A stretch of DNA of 45,165 nt from a virus: the IMG/VR virus record IMGVR_UViG_3300037126_000044, positions 1 to 45,165 of that record; one strand, 5' to 3'. Positions 33,853-42,690 of the stretch are shown piece after piece. The notes beneath the pieces were generated by a model. It saw only the letters and a list, made by a program, of their open reading frames with translations. It was not told the DNA's origin and ran no database searches. The position numbers and the translations under genes were made by a program. Position 1 is the stretch's first letter; each line of letters begins with the position of its first letter.

Positions 33853-34650
33853 ATGAATAAATACAATGAAATTGAAGCGCTAAACTGGAGTACGCTGAAA
33901 CAGATGTCGATCTCGCCGGCATTCGCAAAGCACCAGGCCGACCATCCCGAAGAAGCGAAAGACACGGACTCATTTCGCCTCGGGCGGGCAGTACACTGTG
34001 CGGTGTTGGAGCCGGAAAGGTTTCTGGATGAGTACATCGTGCAACCCGACTTCGGAAACATGCGCACAAAGGCCGCCAGGGAAGCCAGAGATAGCTGGCT
34101 GGATTGCTTACTCAAGGATGTCGAGGTTATCAGTGGTGAAGAGTTCGAGACGGCGACGAGGGCCGCAACAGCGGTACATGCACATGAGCACGCCATGGAA
34201 TTACTGCGCGGTGCAAGAACAGAACACATCGTCCAATGGACGCATCCTGGAACAGGCATCAAATGCAAGGGACGGCTGGACGCCATTACCGACAGGGTTG
34301 TGGACCTGAAGACAACTCGGCGTCCGATAGTGCGTGATATCCTGCGGGATGCCGCGAACTATGACTACCACGGCCAACTCGCATGGTACCACGACGCAGC
34401 AGTTCTAGCCGGGCTGATCGATGGACACGTGCTCCCGGCAATGATCGCCATACATGTTCCAAAGGGAAGCTCCTTCGTTGACATCGCCGTTTTCAGTACG
34501 GGGTATGCCCCCGAGACGATTGAAGCCGGGCGCGCATTATACGAAAACCTGATCTCACAATACGCGGGATGTCAATCAACAGGGTGGTGGCCAGGCATGG
34601 CGCCAGAGGTAATTCCATTTGAGTTGCCAGGATGGAAGCTGGAGGGTTAG
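33853..34650 (+). CDS. PD-(D/E)XK exonuclease (RecE/DUF3799-like recombination exonuclease)
   Basis: FRLGRAVHCAVLEPERF and GRLDAITDRVVDLKTT motifs. AAGGAG 5 nt upstream of ATG 33853. Paired with an annealing protein. Confidence 0.65.
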   Translation: MNKYNEIEALNWSTLKQMSISPAFAKHQADHPEEAKDTDSFRLGRAVHCAVLEPERFLDEYIVQPDFGNMRTKAAREARDSWLDCLLKDVEVISGEEFETATRAATAVHAHEHAMELLRGARTEHIVQWTHPGTGIKCKGRLDAITDRVVDLKTTRRPIVRDILRDAANYDYHGQLAWYHDAAVLAGLIDGHVLPAMIAIHVPKGSSFVDIAVFSTGYAPETIEAGRALYENLISQYAGCQSTGWWPGMAPEVIPFELPGWKLEG

Positions 34651-34854
34651 ATGGAACGAAAAAGGAATATCATGACGGCACCAATGGTTGCGCGCATCTG
34701 TGAGTGCGATCTGAAAACAATCCACAATTGGGTGAACAGCGGGAAGATGAATGCCTTCCGGACACCGGGCAGACATCTCCGGTTTACCAAGATGGATGTC
34801 ATTTCTTTCTTGCGAAAATACGGCTTCGTCGTGCCCGGGGAGTTGCTGAAATGA
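34651..34854 (+). CDS. excisionase/MerR-type HTH DNA-binding protein (67 aa)
   Basis: MVARICECDLKTIHNWVNSGKMNAFRTPGRHLRFTKMDVISFL is the HTH_17-type pattern. Confidence 0.6.
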   Translation: MERKRNIMTAPMVARICECDLKTIHNWVNSGKMNAFRTPGRHLRFTKMDVISFLRKYGFVVPGELLK

Positions 34855-35783
34855 CTGACTCACACGCGATAACCACGACGGCGCCGGCACAGATTGAGCA
34901 ACAAACGAAAATGCATCCGCTGGTCGAGCTGGCCATGAGTGGTGGACAGGAACTGGATACCGAGAAGCTGAGGGAGCTTATGGCGCTCCAAAGGGAGTGG
35001 CAAGCAGACCACGCGAAGCAGGCGTACACGCGATCGATAACGAATCTGAAGAATGAGATGCCTTCTGTAATTGAAAAAGATGGGATGGCGTCATTTGGTA
35101 CAGGAGAGAATAAGCCAAAATACAGATTCACTACACTCGCCAGGGCAATGGATGTGGTGACACCATGTCTTTCGCGAAACGGGCTTTCCATATCGTGGAG
35201 GACAACCAATGACGGAGACGGTGTGTCCGTCACTTGCCGTATTACCCATGCCGATGGTCACCATGAAGAAACAACTCTATCCGGGCCAATCGACAAAAGC
35301 GGCGGCAAGAATGCCATACAGGCTGTCGGCTCAACGGTAACTTATCTGCAGCGCTATACGGCACTTGCCCTGCTCGGCATCGCCACCGCCGACATGAAAG
35401 AACCACATGGATCGAAAGACGACAAAGTTGACGCCGCGAAAAACCTCCAGGCCGTCGCCACACTCAAGCAGTGCGGCGTGACATTGGAGCAGGCGTGCAA
35501 CCATATTGGCAAGGACGTGCGCCAATGGACATTGTCGGATCTGGAAAAGCTCAGAGAGCTCGTGAGAGCCAACCGGCAGCAACCAACCGAAGAATCACAT
35601 GACGCCAAAAACGAAGAGGCAACCGAAATAGAACAGCTTCGTGCCGAGGTGATCGACAAGGCCCGCGAGAAATGGGGCGACAATGGAATGATCAAGCTTG
35701 GTCAACTCCTGCGGTCAAATGGGACAATGATTTCCGATGCCGGCCTGGATGCCTTGAACTGGGCACTGGAGGAAATGAGATGA
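34851..35783 (+). CDS. ERF-family single-strand annealing protein
   Basis: ATGA coupling at 34851. KYRFTTLARAMDVVTPCLSRNGL and GSTVTYLQRYTALALLGI are ERF-type motifs (from memory). Confidence 0.65.
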   Translation: MTDSHAITTTAPAQIEQQTKMHPLVELAMSGGQELDTEKLRELMALQREWQADHAKQAYTRSITNLKNEMPSVIEKDGMASFGTGENKPKYRFTTLARAMDVVTPCLSRNGLSISWRTTNDGDGVSVTCRITHADGHHEETTLSGPIDKSGGKNAIQAVGSTVTYLQRYTALALLGIATADMKEPHGSKDDKVDAAKNLQAVATLKQCGVTLEQACNHIGKDVRQWTLSDLEKLRELVRANRQQPTEESHDAKNEEATEIEQLRAEVIDKAREKWGDNGMIKLGQLLRSNGTMISDAGLDALNWALEEMR

Positions 35784-36853
35784 ACATCGCACTGGCAACA
35801 ATCGTAGAGCAATCAGGTCTTGAGAGAGCAAAAGCCGAAAGCATCTGGTCTAATTTTGAACCATATTTCAATGCGGCGTCAGAATGTAGTGTAAAAGTCA
35901 ACGGGCTGGAAATCACGGACGTCACTCAAAAGAAAGAGATGAAGCTGGCCCGGGATATCAGGCTTGAGCTCAAGAAGATCCGTGTTGCTGCCGAGAAGAC
36001 CAAAAAAGAATTGAAGGATAGTGTACTGAAAGAGGGGCGCTTCATCGACGCAACTTTCAATCTCATTGCCGACGCAACGAAACCAATCGAGGCCGACCTG
36101 AAAGAGAAAGAGGAGTTTGCGAAACGTAAAGAGGCCGAGCGGATAAAGAAACTCGTAGCCACGCGCGAAAACGCTCTCTCTTTACTTGGTGTCGACATCA
36201 GATTTTTGGACCTCGCAAAGATGTCTGACACTGACTATGACGTTCTATTGGAGAAATCCACGCGAGAGCACGAAGAGCGTCTCGAGATGGAGAGAAGATC
36301 CGAAGAGGAATGGCTCGCCCGTGAGAAAGCCGAAGCTAAAGAACGTGCCCGTATCGAGGCCGAGAACGCCCGCCTACGGGCCGAGGCCGAGGAACGTGAG
36401 CGACAGATCGCTGAAGAGCGGGCGAAGTTGGAGGCAGTCAGAAAGGCCGCCGAGGATGCCGCTCGGATTGAACGAGAGAAGCGCGAGACCGCAGAGAGAG
36501 CCGAGAGAGAAGCGAGAGAGGTCGCAGAACGGGCGGAGCGAGCGAAGATCGAGGAAGAAATCAGGAAGGCTCAAGAAGAAGTGGAGGCGGCACAGCGCGC
36601 GCTCAGGGAGAGACAGGAAGCCGAGGAACGGGCAAAACGAGAAGAGGTCGCCCGCCTCGAAGCGCAACGCAAGGCGGAAGAGGAAGAGCGTAAACGCCTC
36701 GAGGCCGCCGGCGACAAGGAAAAGCTGTCCGCATACTTCGATCAGGTTCTATCCGTGGAAGTCCCGACAGTGAAGAGCGGCGAGGCGGAAGGCATCCTCG
36801 CTCTCATGCACAACTGTATCAAAGTGTGCGTATCGAAGGTTGAGAAGCTCTGA
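35780..36853 (+). CDS. charged coiled-coil protein (357 aa), DUF1351-like recombination-module partner
   Basis: ATGA coupling at 35780. Contains a long E/R/K/A-rich helix (ERAKREEVARLEAQRKAEEEERKRLE). Confidence 0.5.
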   Translation: MNIALATIVEQSGLERAKAESIWSNFEPYFNAASECSVKVNGLEITDVTQKKEMKLARDIRLELKKIRVAAEKTKKELKDSVLKEGRFIDATFNLIADATKPIEADLKEKEEFAKRKEAERIKKLVATRENALSLLGVDIRFLDLAKMSDTDYDVLLEKSTREHEERLEMERRSEEEWLAREKAEAKERARIEAENARLRAEAEERERQIAEERAKLEAVRKAAEDAARIEREKRETAERAEREAREVAERAERAKIEEEIRKAQEEVEAAQRALRERQEAEERAKREEVARLEAQRKAEEEERKRLEAAGDKEKLSAYFDQVLSVEVPTVKSGEAEGILALMHNCIKVCVSKVEKL

Positions 36854-36907
36854 CGCAGAGCGTTGTATTTTTAAAACCGACCGACATGGTCAAGGGAGAA
36901 TATCGAG

Positions 36908-37444
36908 ATGAAAGTAAGTTGTGAATTTGAATTGGACTGGGTCAATGAAGACGAAACCATCGATAGTGAGATTGAGAAACGACTTGTTCGCGCGGTAATT
37001 GATAAGATGCCCAAAAGCATAATGGAGGGCATCGAAAAAAAAGCATCTGATCTGATGTCCGATAAGGTCGATAGCACAATCGACACAATACTTGATCGCT
37101 TCATGAATCGAGAAGTGATGGTGACGGACCGATGGGGGGATATTCAAGAGAAATACGAATCCGTCAACGAACTATTGAAATCAAAGTTCGATTCCTTCGT
37201 TTCACAGCCAGTCGACAAAAATGGAAATCCAGCTAAGGGGTGTTCGTACGGCAAAGTGTACACACGAATTGAGCATCTGATCGACGCGAGAATACAAGAT
37301 AAGGCCAGCAGGTTTACAAAGAACATACTTGACGGAGTTGAGGCACAGCTGAAACAGCACTTGAATGAACAGATCAAAAAAAGCACCGAGGATGCATTCA
37401 AGAAAGCGATGAATCTGGATGAGATCCTGTCAGGAAATAAATAA
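36908..37444 (+). CDS. hypothetical protein (178 aa)
   Basis: AAGGGAG upstream of the ATG. Confidence 0.6.
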   Translation: MKVSCEFELDWVNEDETIDSEIEKRLVRAVIDKMPKSIMEGIEKKASDLMSDKVDSTIDTILDRFMNREVMVTDRWGDIQEKYESVNELLKSKFDSFVSQPVDKNGNPAKGCSYGKVYTRIEHLIDARIQDKASRFTKNILDGVEAQLKQHLNEQIKKSTEDAFKKAMNLDEILSGNK

Positions 37445-37521
37445 CCGCGAAACCGGCTCAGGCCGGTCGTTACGGGGTGGCGCCCATGACCTGATGAGCA
37501 GCTAGGGGACGGGAAATTTAA

Positions 37522-37800
37522 ATGATCGAACGAACGCATACAACAGAAGAAGATAATTGCAAAAGATTATGGTATTCTGTTTTGCTCCAAGCGATCAAAG
37601 ATATAGAAGCACTACAAAGAAATAAATTACCAATTGCATCTAAAACCAAAGTTTTATTTTATAGAGAATTACGATATTTTTTTTCTGAGAGATGCGAGGA
37701 ACTTGATAACATATGTGAAATTATAGAAATTGACGTTGGACGAGTCAGGAGAAAAGCAAATATCATGCTTGATAATGTTGACATGAAACAGAAGTTATAA
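37522..37800 (+). CDS. hypothetical protein (92 aa)
   Basis: GGGGACGGGAAA upstream of the ATG. Confidence 0.55.
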   Translation: MIERTHTTEEDNCKRLWYSVLLQAIKDIEALQRNKLPIASKTKVLFYRELRYFFSERCEELDNICEIIEIDVGRVRRKANIMLDNVDMKQKL

Positions 37801-37961
37801 TGATTAAAGACATGAAACCAACTATGAAGAACGCGATAAGAGCGTTCTGTCACCAGTGCATGGGATATTACTCAGATACTGGAAGAGATTGCGAGAATGT
37901 CAGATGCCCACTGTATTCATTTCTGCGAAATAATCACAAAATGGAACCAGATTTCGACTGA
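37800..37961 (+). CDS. small zinc-binding protein (53 aa; below the ORF-track cutoff)
   Basis: Hand-translated: MIKDMKPTMKNAIRAFCHQCMGYYSDTGRDCENVRCPLYSFLRNNHKMEPDFD. TAATG coupling. The CxxC...C....CPLY pattern is common in phages. Confidence 0.55.
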   Translation: MIKDMKPTMKNAIRAFCHQCMGYYSDTGRDCENVRCPLYSFLRNNHKMEPDFD

Positions 37962-38082
37962 ACGCGCTGGAACCCATCCAGGTCCGGTCGAGTGCTTTTC
38001 GCGGATTGTGAGTCGCGTACAGTATCAGAAAATGCATTAGAGGGATTAAAGCTCGCCAGAGAGAAGCGATCGAAAAAGTCTA

Positions 38083-38111
38083 TTGACTCCGAATGAGAAT
38101 TTTGGCATAAA
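38083..38111 (+). promoter_or_regulatory. sigma70-like promoter with an extended -10
   Basis: TTGACT (38083-38088), 17-nt spacer ending in TGg, CATAAA (38106-38111). Confidence 0.5.
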
Positions 38112-38117
38112 CAAAGT

Positions 38118-38228
38118 GCGATGATGAAGAACTGCAAAACGAAATCAGTGGACAGCCGGTCGGGATCAACTCACCCCGCCGCAGTTCGATCATCGCAGCC
38201 GGCCGGTTGCCTACTGGTTTCGTTTTTT
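38118..38228 (+). ncRNA. Candidate roughly 110-nt structured leader or small RNA between the promoter and a U-tract
   Basis: Predicted start about 7 nt past the -10. A long-range stem closes a GC-rich 63-nt core and is followed by seven T. No known family recognised. Confidence 0.3.
38137..38228 (+). terminator. Long-stem terminator or attenuator directly upstream of the replication gene RBS
   Basis: aaacgaaatcagt (38137-38149) pairs with actggtttcgttt (38213-38225) with one G-U pair. The T-run then continues to 38229. Confidence 0.45.
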
Positions 38229-38238
38229 TGGGGAAATC

Positions 38239-39054
38239 GTGACCTTAAGAATTAAAAATTGGTCTAACTATCAGCACTACAGAGATCGTTGTCCGCCATG
38301 GATTAAACTCTACAGGAGTCTACTCGACGATATTGAATTTCTGAAGCTATGCGGTGACTCTGAGATTGGCGTCCTGATTCGGTTATGGCTTATTGCCTCC
38401 GAGGATAAAACTATGAAGGGGGAGCTACCTGATATCGAAACGCTAGCAGTGCGCTTACATATGGCTTTCCCAGGTCGAGTTACAAAACGTGACATTGTCA
38501 AGGTAGAAAATAGATTAAGTGCCCTGAAACATTGGCTGGAGCACGATGCTAGCACGGTGCTACATAAAGCGGAGCACGGTGCTATACCAGAGACAGAGAA
38601 AGAGACAGAGAAAGAGACAGAGAGAAAGACAGAACACGCGCGCGAGCGCGCTTCAAACGTAGATCACGATTTTGAATTGTTTTGGAGATCGTACCCCAAA
38701 AAAACAGGAAAGAAGGCAGCGATAAAGGCCTTCCACAAGGCACGTAAAACCGGTTTGCCTAAAATTGATACCTTGGTAGCCATAATCGAAAGACAAGCAG
38801 CCAGTGACCAGTGGAAGCGCGACAACGGGCAGTATATTCCAAACCCTACAACATGGCTCAACCAAGGGCGATGGGACGACGAGGTGAAATCTACTCGTAA
38901 GCAACCTCGAGAAGACATGCACAGGAATCTCCACGAGTGGGCGATGGAAAAAGAAAGGAAAATGCAAAATGACACCATCGGCGATAGCGAATTGCCTAAG
39001 CGTGATATCGGAATGCTACCCAGGACGGTTTACCCCAAGCCGGGCGACCACTGA
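38239..39054 (+). CDS. replication initiator or replisome organiser protein
   Basis: GTG start after GGGG. N-terminus: NWSNYQHYRDRCPPWIKLYRSLLDD. C-terminus: FELFWRSYPKKTGKKAAIKAF...PNPTTWLNQGRWDDE. Both are patterns I associate with phage replication proteins. Confidence 0.55.
   Translation: MTLRIKNWSNYQHYRDRCPPWIKLYRSLLDDIEFLKLCGDSEIGVLIRLWLIASEDKTMKGELPDIETLAVRLHMAFPGRVTKRDIVKVENRLSALKHWLEHDASTVLHKAEHGAIPETEKETEKETERKTEHARERASNVDHDFELFWRSYPKKTGKKAAIKAFHKARKTGLPKIDTLVAIIERQAASDQWKRDNGQYIPNPTTWLNQGRWDDEVKSTRKQPREDMHRNLHEWAMEKERKMQNDTIGDSELPKRDIGMLPRTVYPKPGDH
38589..38624 (+). repeat. 3 x 12-nt tandem repeat (agagacagagaa) inside the replication gene linker; iteron-like
   Basis: Read directly; encodes ETEKETEKETER between the two conserved domains. 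Confidence 0.85.
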
Positions 39055-39574
39055 GGTGTGGTCCAAGATGCTCGACGACGTTGACGATACAATCGGGGAG
39101 GCAGCAGTGGTACAACTCTGTTCCTCCAGAGACTTCCCGCCGACCATCGCACAGATTCGAGAAACAGTCCTCTCTCTTTCCGAGGGGGACGTGGTGCCCC
39201 CTTCACCATGGGAAGCATGGGAACGAGTTTTGTCTGGAGCATCATTTGCTTCTGGAAGTGAGGAGTCTGTGAACCACTATCGAAATTTGTCAGAGATGGA
39301 AAGGCGAACAGTGAATTTGCTCGGGGGCGCATATGAAATTCGTCACGCAGAGAATCAAGGGGTAACTCGTTCGAACTTTGTAAAGGCGTACAACGATTTG
39401 CTCACGAAGGATCGCCAAAGACGCTTGGCAATCAAAGGTGTGAAAGCTCTTGCCTCATCAAACCGGCAAAAACCGGAAGTGACGCCGGTTGAACGACAGA
39501 TTGATGAGCCAAGGGAGATACGGAAAGCAGATCCAGCAACGGTGTCGGAGATGCTCAGGGAGGCGGGATTCTGA
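38969..39574 (+). CDS. replication-associated protein, possibly a helicase loader (G39P-like)
   Basis: AAAGGAAAA upstream of the ATG. It overlaps the previous gene by 86 nt. The family guess comes from memory of ...FPPTIAQIRE... patterns. Confidence 0.35.
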   Translation: MTPSAIANCLSVISECYPGRFTPSRATTEVWSKMLDDVDDTIGEAAVVQLCSSRDFPPTIAQIRETVLSLSEGDVVPPSPWEAWERVLSGASFASGSEESVNHYRNLSEMERRTVNLLGGAYEIRHAENQGVTRSNFVKAYNDLLTKDRQRRLAIKGVKALASSNRQKPEVTPVERQIDEPREIRKADPATVSEMLREAGF

Positions 39575-39771
39575 TGTACGACCGCCCATACCGACCGTCA
39601 AGAGAAGTCTGCTCGCGCTTCTGGCGAGCCAAAGATAGATGTCATCGGTGCCCGATAGCAGACGCATGCGTGTCCGGTACACCGATTACCGTAGACACGA
39701 TTAAACAACACGAATCCGATTTGGATTTAGCAGCCAGGAATTGGCTTGAGAAGGCAAGATTGGAGCGGTGA
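39574..39771 (+). CDS. small Cys-rich protein (65 aa)
   Basis: TGATG coupling; contains CHRCPIADAC. Confidence 0.55.
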   Translation: MYDRPYRPSREVCSRFWRAKDRCHRCPIADACVSGTPITVDTIKQHESDLDLAARNWLEKARLER

Positions 39772-40013
39772 TGAGTAACGATATTGATTACACGAGACTT
39801 CCGAGACATGAACTAAATGAGTACCTCGGAATCACAATCTGGAACATGCGCAGCATCCGCAAACGAAACGATGCCAAGAAACGCGCAGCAATAGCTGCAA
39901 TAGGCTCCGATGTGACCCCGGCATACCGGAGAAAACGGCGCATCCGAAAGAAGAACCGTAAGGAGATAAGACGCGCAGAGATTGCGGCTTTCACCGCAGG
40001 AATTCGATCATGA
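39768..40013 (+). CDS. small basic protein (81 aa)
   Basis: Coupled at both ends; Arg/Lys-rich C-terminal half. Confidence 0.55.
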   Translation: MMSNDIDYTRLPRHELNEYLGITIWNMRSIRKRNDAKKRAAIAAIGSDVTPAYRRKRRIRKKNRKEIRRAEIAAFTAGIRS

Positions 40014-40558
40014 TCGTCTATGGAATCGACCCAGGCACCGAGCACAGCGGCGTGGTCGCATACGACACCGGACGGAGAATTGTATTGGAAGCTGGAGAGA
40101 TATCGAATGGGTCTCTGCTGGCTCATCTACGCGATCCAGATACTCGCATATTTCATTTTCGTCTGGATCGGCTCTACATAGAGACAATCGAGCCGATGGG
40201 GTTGCCAGTCGGAAAGTCCACCCTCGAAACAATGCGATGGGTGGGTCGGTTTCAAGAGGCGTGGGAGCGATACTCTGGTTTCGCCGCGAGATTGGTATCT
40301 CGAGGCGACGAGAAGACTCTTCTTTGCGGTTCGGCGACATTCCGAGATCCAAAGTCTGGGCGCCGCCGATCCGTAACGGACGCTCAGATTCGCCAGGCGA
40401 TCATTGACCGATTCCCGGCAACCGGCGGCGGTAAGACCCCGCAGGTAGGAACAAAGAGCCAACCTGGCCCGCTGTACGGAGTGAAAGGGCACGCTTGGAG
40501 CGCACTTGCGGTCGTACTGACAGGACTCGAGGCAACAGAAGGTGGACAGCAGCCATGA
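40010..40558 (+). CDS. RuvC-like Holliday junction resolvase
   Basis: MIVYGIDPGTEHSGVVAY ... LYIETIEPMG is the RNase H-fold catalytic D/E pattern. Confidence 0.7.
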   Translation: MIVYGIDPGTEHSGVVAYDTGRRIVLEAGEISNGSLLAHLRDPDTRIFHFRLDRLYIETIEPMGLPVGKSTLETMRWVGRFQEAWERYSGFAARLVSRGDEKTLLCGSATFRDPKSGRRRSVTDAQIRQAIIDRFPATGGGKTPQVGTKSQPGPLYGVKGHAWSALAVVLTGLEATEGGQQP

Positions 40559-40755
40559 AGACGGCAGTAAAGCTTGGATACGCAATTGTACGCGCTGAAA
40601 CCGAATTGGCCGTCATGTTCGACACGAAAGAATACGGTACGTTATGGGTCCCGAAGCGCGCGATACACGATGATTCTGAAACATGGGACTCCAAGAACAA
40701 CACCGGCGAGCTCATTGTTCACGAGTGGTTCGCAGAAAAGAGAGGTTTAATCTGA
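40555..40755 (+). CDS. hypothetical protein (66 aa)
   Basis: ATGA coupling at 40555. Confidence 0.55.
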   Translation: MKTAVKLGYAIVRAETELAVMFDTKEYGTLWVPKRAIHDDSETWDSKNNTGELIVHEWFAEKRGLI

Positions 40756-41012
40756 TGGATCTTCGTACAAATGAAGTTTTTAGAAATATGCCTGATATAC
40801 AAGATGATTTTACCGAGTATTTCACTCGTATACCAAAAGAATACCATGAAGCAGCTGAGACCCTGCTGAATGGGAAGGATAGAGCAGTTGCAGATAAAAC
40901 AACATCAGCTGGCCGATCACTGTTGTATTTTGCAGAGAAGATAAAATCACGACGCAGAAAAGAAAAAAATGCACGTAGAGCGCGACGCAAGCAGCGTAGA
41001 CGTAGAAAATAA
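40755..41012 (+). CDS. hypothetical protein (85 aa) with a poly-basic tail
   Basis: TGATG coupling; C-terminus is SRRRKEKNARRARRKQRRRRK. Confidence 0.55.
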   Translation: MDLRTNEVFRNMPDIQDDFTEYFTRIPKEYHEAAETLLNGKDRAVADKTTSAGRSLLYFAEKIKSRRRKEKNARRARRKQRRRRK

Positions 41013-41120
41013 GAGGTTTGAACAGTTGAATCAATTGTCGATGCAACTTGAACGACTTTGCAGGGTGCGAGATCAGGCCATTCAATACGGATGTGTCATA
41101 CTGCAATGTTTATATTGGAA

Positions 41121-41411
41121 ATGAAATACTCAACAATAAACCCGCGACTCGAAATACTTGACGGTCGGATAAAATGTTTCGAAACCGCAGAAGAAGCGAT
41201 CGCACATGCGAAGAAAAATAAGTGCCGAGCCTATGAATTGGGCACTGTGATCTATGGACAGTTGGAATTTAACTTTAAGAGGAGAAACGATGAAATACAT
41301 CACATTCAAACAGGAGATGGCGCGCGCCTATGCAGAGGGTCGGAAGCGGATGACGCGACGGGTTATCAAGTGGTCAAAGTGGATTCAGAACTGCGATCAC
41401 TCTCTCAGTAG
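41121..41411 (+). CDS. hypothetical small protein; start and extent uncertain
   Basis: The 3' third overlaps the next, better-supported gene in another frame. Confidence 0.3.
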   Translation: MKYSTINPRLEILDGRIKCFETAEEAIAHAKKNKCRAYELGTVIYGQLEFNFKRRNDEIHHIQTGDGARLCRGSEADDATGYQVVKVDSELRSLSQ

Positions 41412-41961
41412 GATCGCCGAGATCATCAACTCGAATGACTATCGCGGTGTCGTCAAAAGAGACTGCTGCGACGGTATTGAGCACCAATATCGCTGCCCAT
41501 ATGGTGCACCTGGAGACCAGCTCATACTCGGTACGACTTGGGCTGTCTACTGCGGATTTGATCATCTCAAGCCAAGCGAATTGCCGAAAGACGTAATTAT
41601 AGACGAAGTTCTGCAACCTATACCAATCTGGTCCTACTTCGACTCGGAAGAGAAACCAGAAGGATTCGGAAAGCTGCGGCCTGGTCGGTTTCTGCCTGGA
41701 TTTCTCCGCGATCGGATGCCGTGCGAGACGCTGAGGATCGTGAGAGCTGAACGGGTGCAGGACATCACGAATGAAGAGGCGATCTTGGAGGGGATATTCG
41801 AGACACCGAGAGAACCCGGGTTCGATTGCTGGTCCACGCACGGCATGCGTGACTATTACCCGACGCCAAGAGATGCCTTCAGGGCGCTTTGGGATTCGAT
41901 CAATGCCGGTAGAAATTTCTCATGGGCAAGAAACCCGTGGGATTGGGTTTTGGGGTGGTGA
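41290..41961 (+). CDS. ASCH-like domain protein (223 aa)
   Basis: AGGAG 6 nt upstream of the ATG. The N-terminal ITFKQEMARAYAEGRKRMTRRVIK is the pattern I associate with ASCH-type phage proteins. Confidence 0.5.
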   Translation: MKYITFKQEMARAYAEGRKRMTRRVIKWSKWIQNCDHSLSRIAEIINSNDYRGVVKRDCCDGIEHQYRCPYGAPGDQLILGTTWAVYCGFDHLKPSELPKDVIIDEVLQPIPIWSYFDSEEKPEGFGKLRPGRFLPGFLRDRMPCETLRIVRAERVQDITNEEAILEGIFETPREPGFDCWSTHGMRDYYPTPRDAFRALWDSINAGRNFSWARNPWDWVLGW

Positions 41962-41975
41962 ACGGAGGTGAAGTG

Positions 41976-42275
41976 ATGAGACCGGATAAGCCAGGGTATT
42001 GGTGGTACAAAACGTATGACGGTAGGGAAAGAATCGCTGATATTGCGAGCGGGTTTTCTTACGAATTGTGTGTCTTTGAGAACCAGCGTCCAGTTCCTGT
42101 TTCGGCGTTCGAATGTTCGTCAGAGTTCGGAGAATGGCTCGCCCAGGCACATCCGCCGAAGAAAGTAGACAGATATACAGCTGGCATTCTGCCTATGGAT
42201 TTGCAAATAAAACCTCACGAACGTGGCTCATTAGTGTTTTACGACGACGTAAAAGAGTTTCTGATTGGAGATTAG
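41976..42275 (+). CDS. hypothetical protein (99 aa), tandem paralog 1 (RPDKPGYWW ... AHPPK)
   Basis: GGAGGTG upstream of ATG 41976. Confidence 0.6.
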   Translation: MRPDKPGYWWYKTYDGRERIADIASGFSYELCVFENQRPVPVSAFECSSEFGEWLAQAHPPKKVDRYTAGILPMDLQIKPHERGSLVFYDDVKEFLIGD

Positions 42276-42276
42276 G

Positions 42277-42690
42277 ATGAAAAATAGACCAGACAAACCA
42301 GGATGCTACTGGTGGGAAGATGACTGCGGACGCTATCACGTTGCAGAGCTTGACGAGGAAATGGAGACCCTTGATTCTTGCGATACTGGTTTTGTTAGTC
42401 CAGAAAAGTTTGAAGAATCGGTCTGTTTTATTCGATGGGTAAGCCCGGCGCATCCGCCGAAGTTGGAACCAACAACCGTACACGAAATGGTGAGTCAATG
42501 GCTCGTAAGAAATGGGGCCGATGGGCTCTGGAACGAAGAAGGGCCTTGCGGTTGTGATGGAACTGCACCGTGCGGCGACGGTCCATATCCGGAGTGTAAA
42601 GCGGCGGTAGCTGTAGATGAGGATGGTAATGGTGTTGACTTTATATACTATCCTGTAACTATACTACCTTATTGGGACTCCAATGGCTGA
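42277..42690 (+). CDS. hypothetical protein (137 aa), tandem paralog 2 (RPDKPGCYWW ... AHPPK) with a Cys-rich C-terminal extension
   Basis: GGAG upstream of ATG 42277. Confidence 0.6.
   Translation: MKNRPDKPGCYWWEDDCGRYHVAELDEEMETLDSCDTGFVSPEKFEESVCFIRWVSPAHPPKLEPTTVHEMVSQWLVRNGADGLWNEEGPCGCDGTAPCGDGPYPECKAAVAVDEDGNGVDFIYYPVTILPYWDSNG

Noticed and set aside
36186-36773. 195-aa alternative-frame + ORF inside the coiled-coil gene, and the 97-101-aa antisense ORFs there
   Set aside because: The purine-rich GAG/GAA/CGN repeat DNA stays open in several frames. The annotated frame is the one coupled by ATGA to the ERF gene.
37491-37498. CTGATGAG, the hammerhead ribozyme core box, in the gap after 36908..37444
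   Set aside because: I tried to build the three stems. A stem I with a GUC site can be drawn (GUUACGGG / CCCAUGAC). But the stretch between CUGAUGA and GAAA (GCAGCUAGGGGACGG) forms no stem II, and stem III would be G-U/mismatch only. One such 8-mer is expected by chance in 90 kb of two-strand sequence.
38150-38212. tRNA-like GTTCGATC motif in the non-coding region upstream of the replication gene
   Set aside because: No acceptor stem, D-arm or anticodon arm can be drawn around it, and the flanks of the putative T-loop (gcag / atcg) do not pair.
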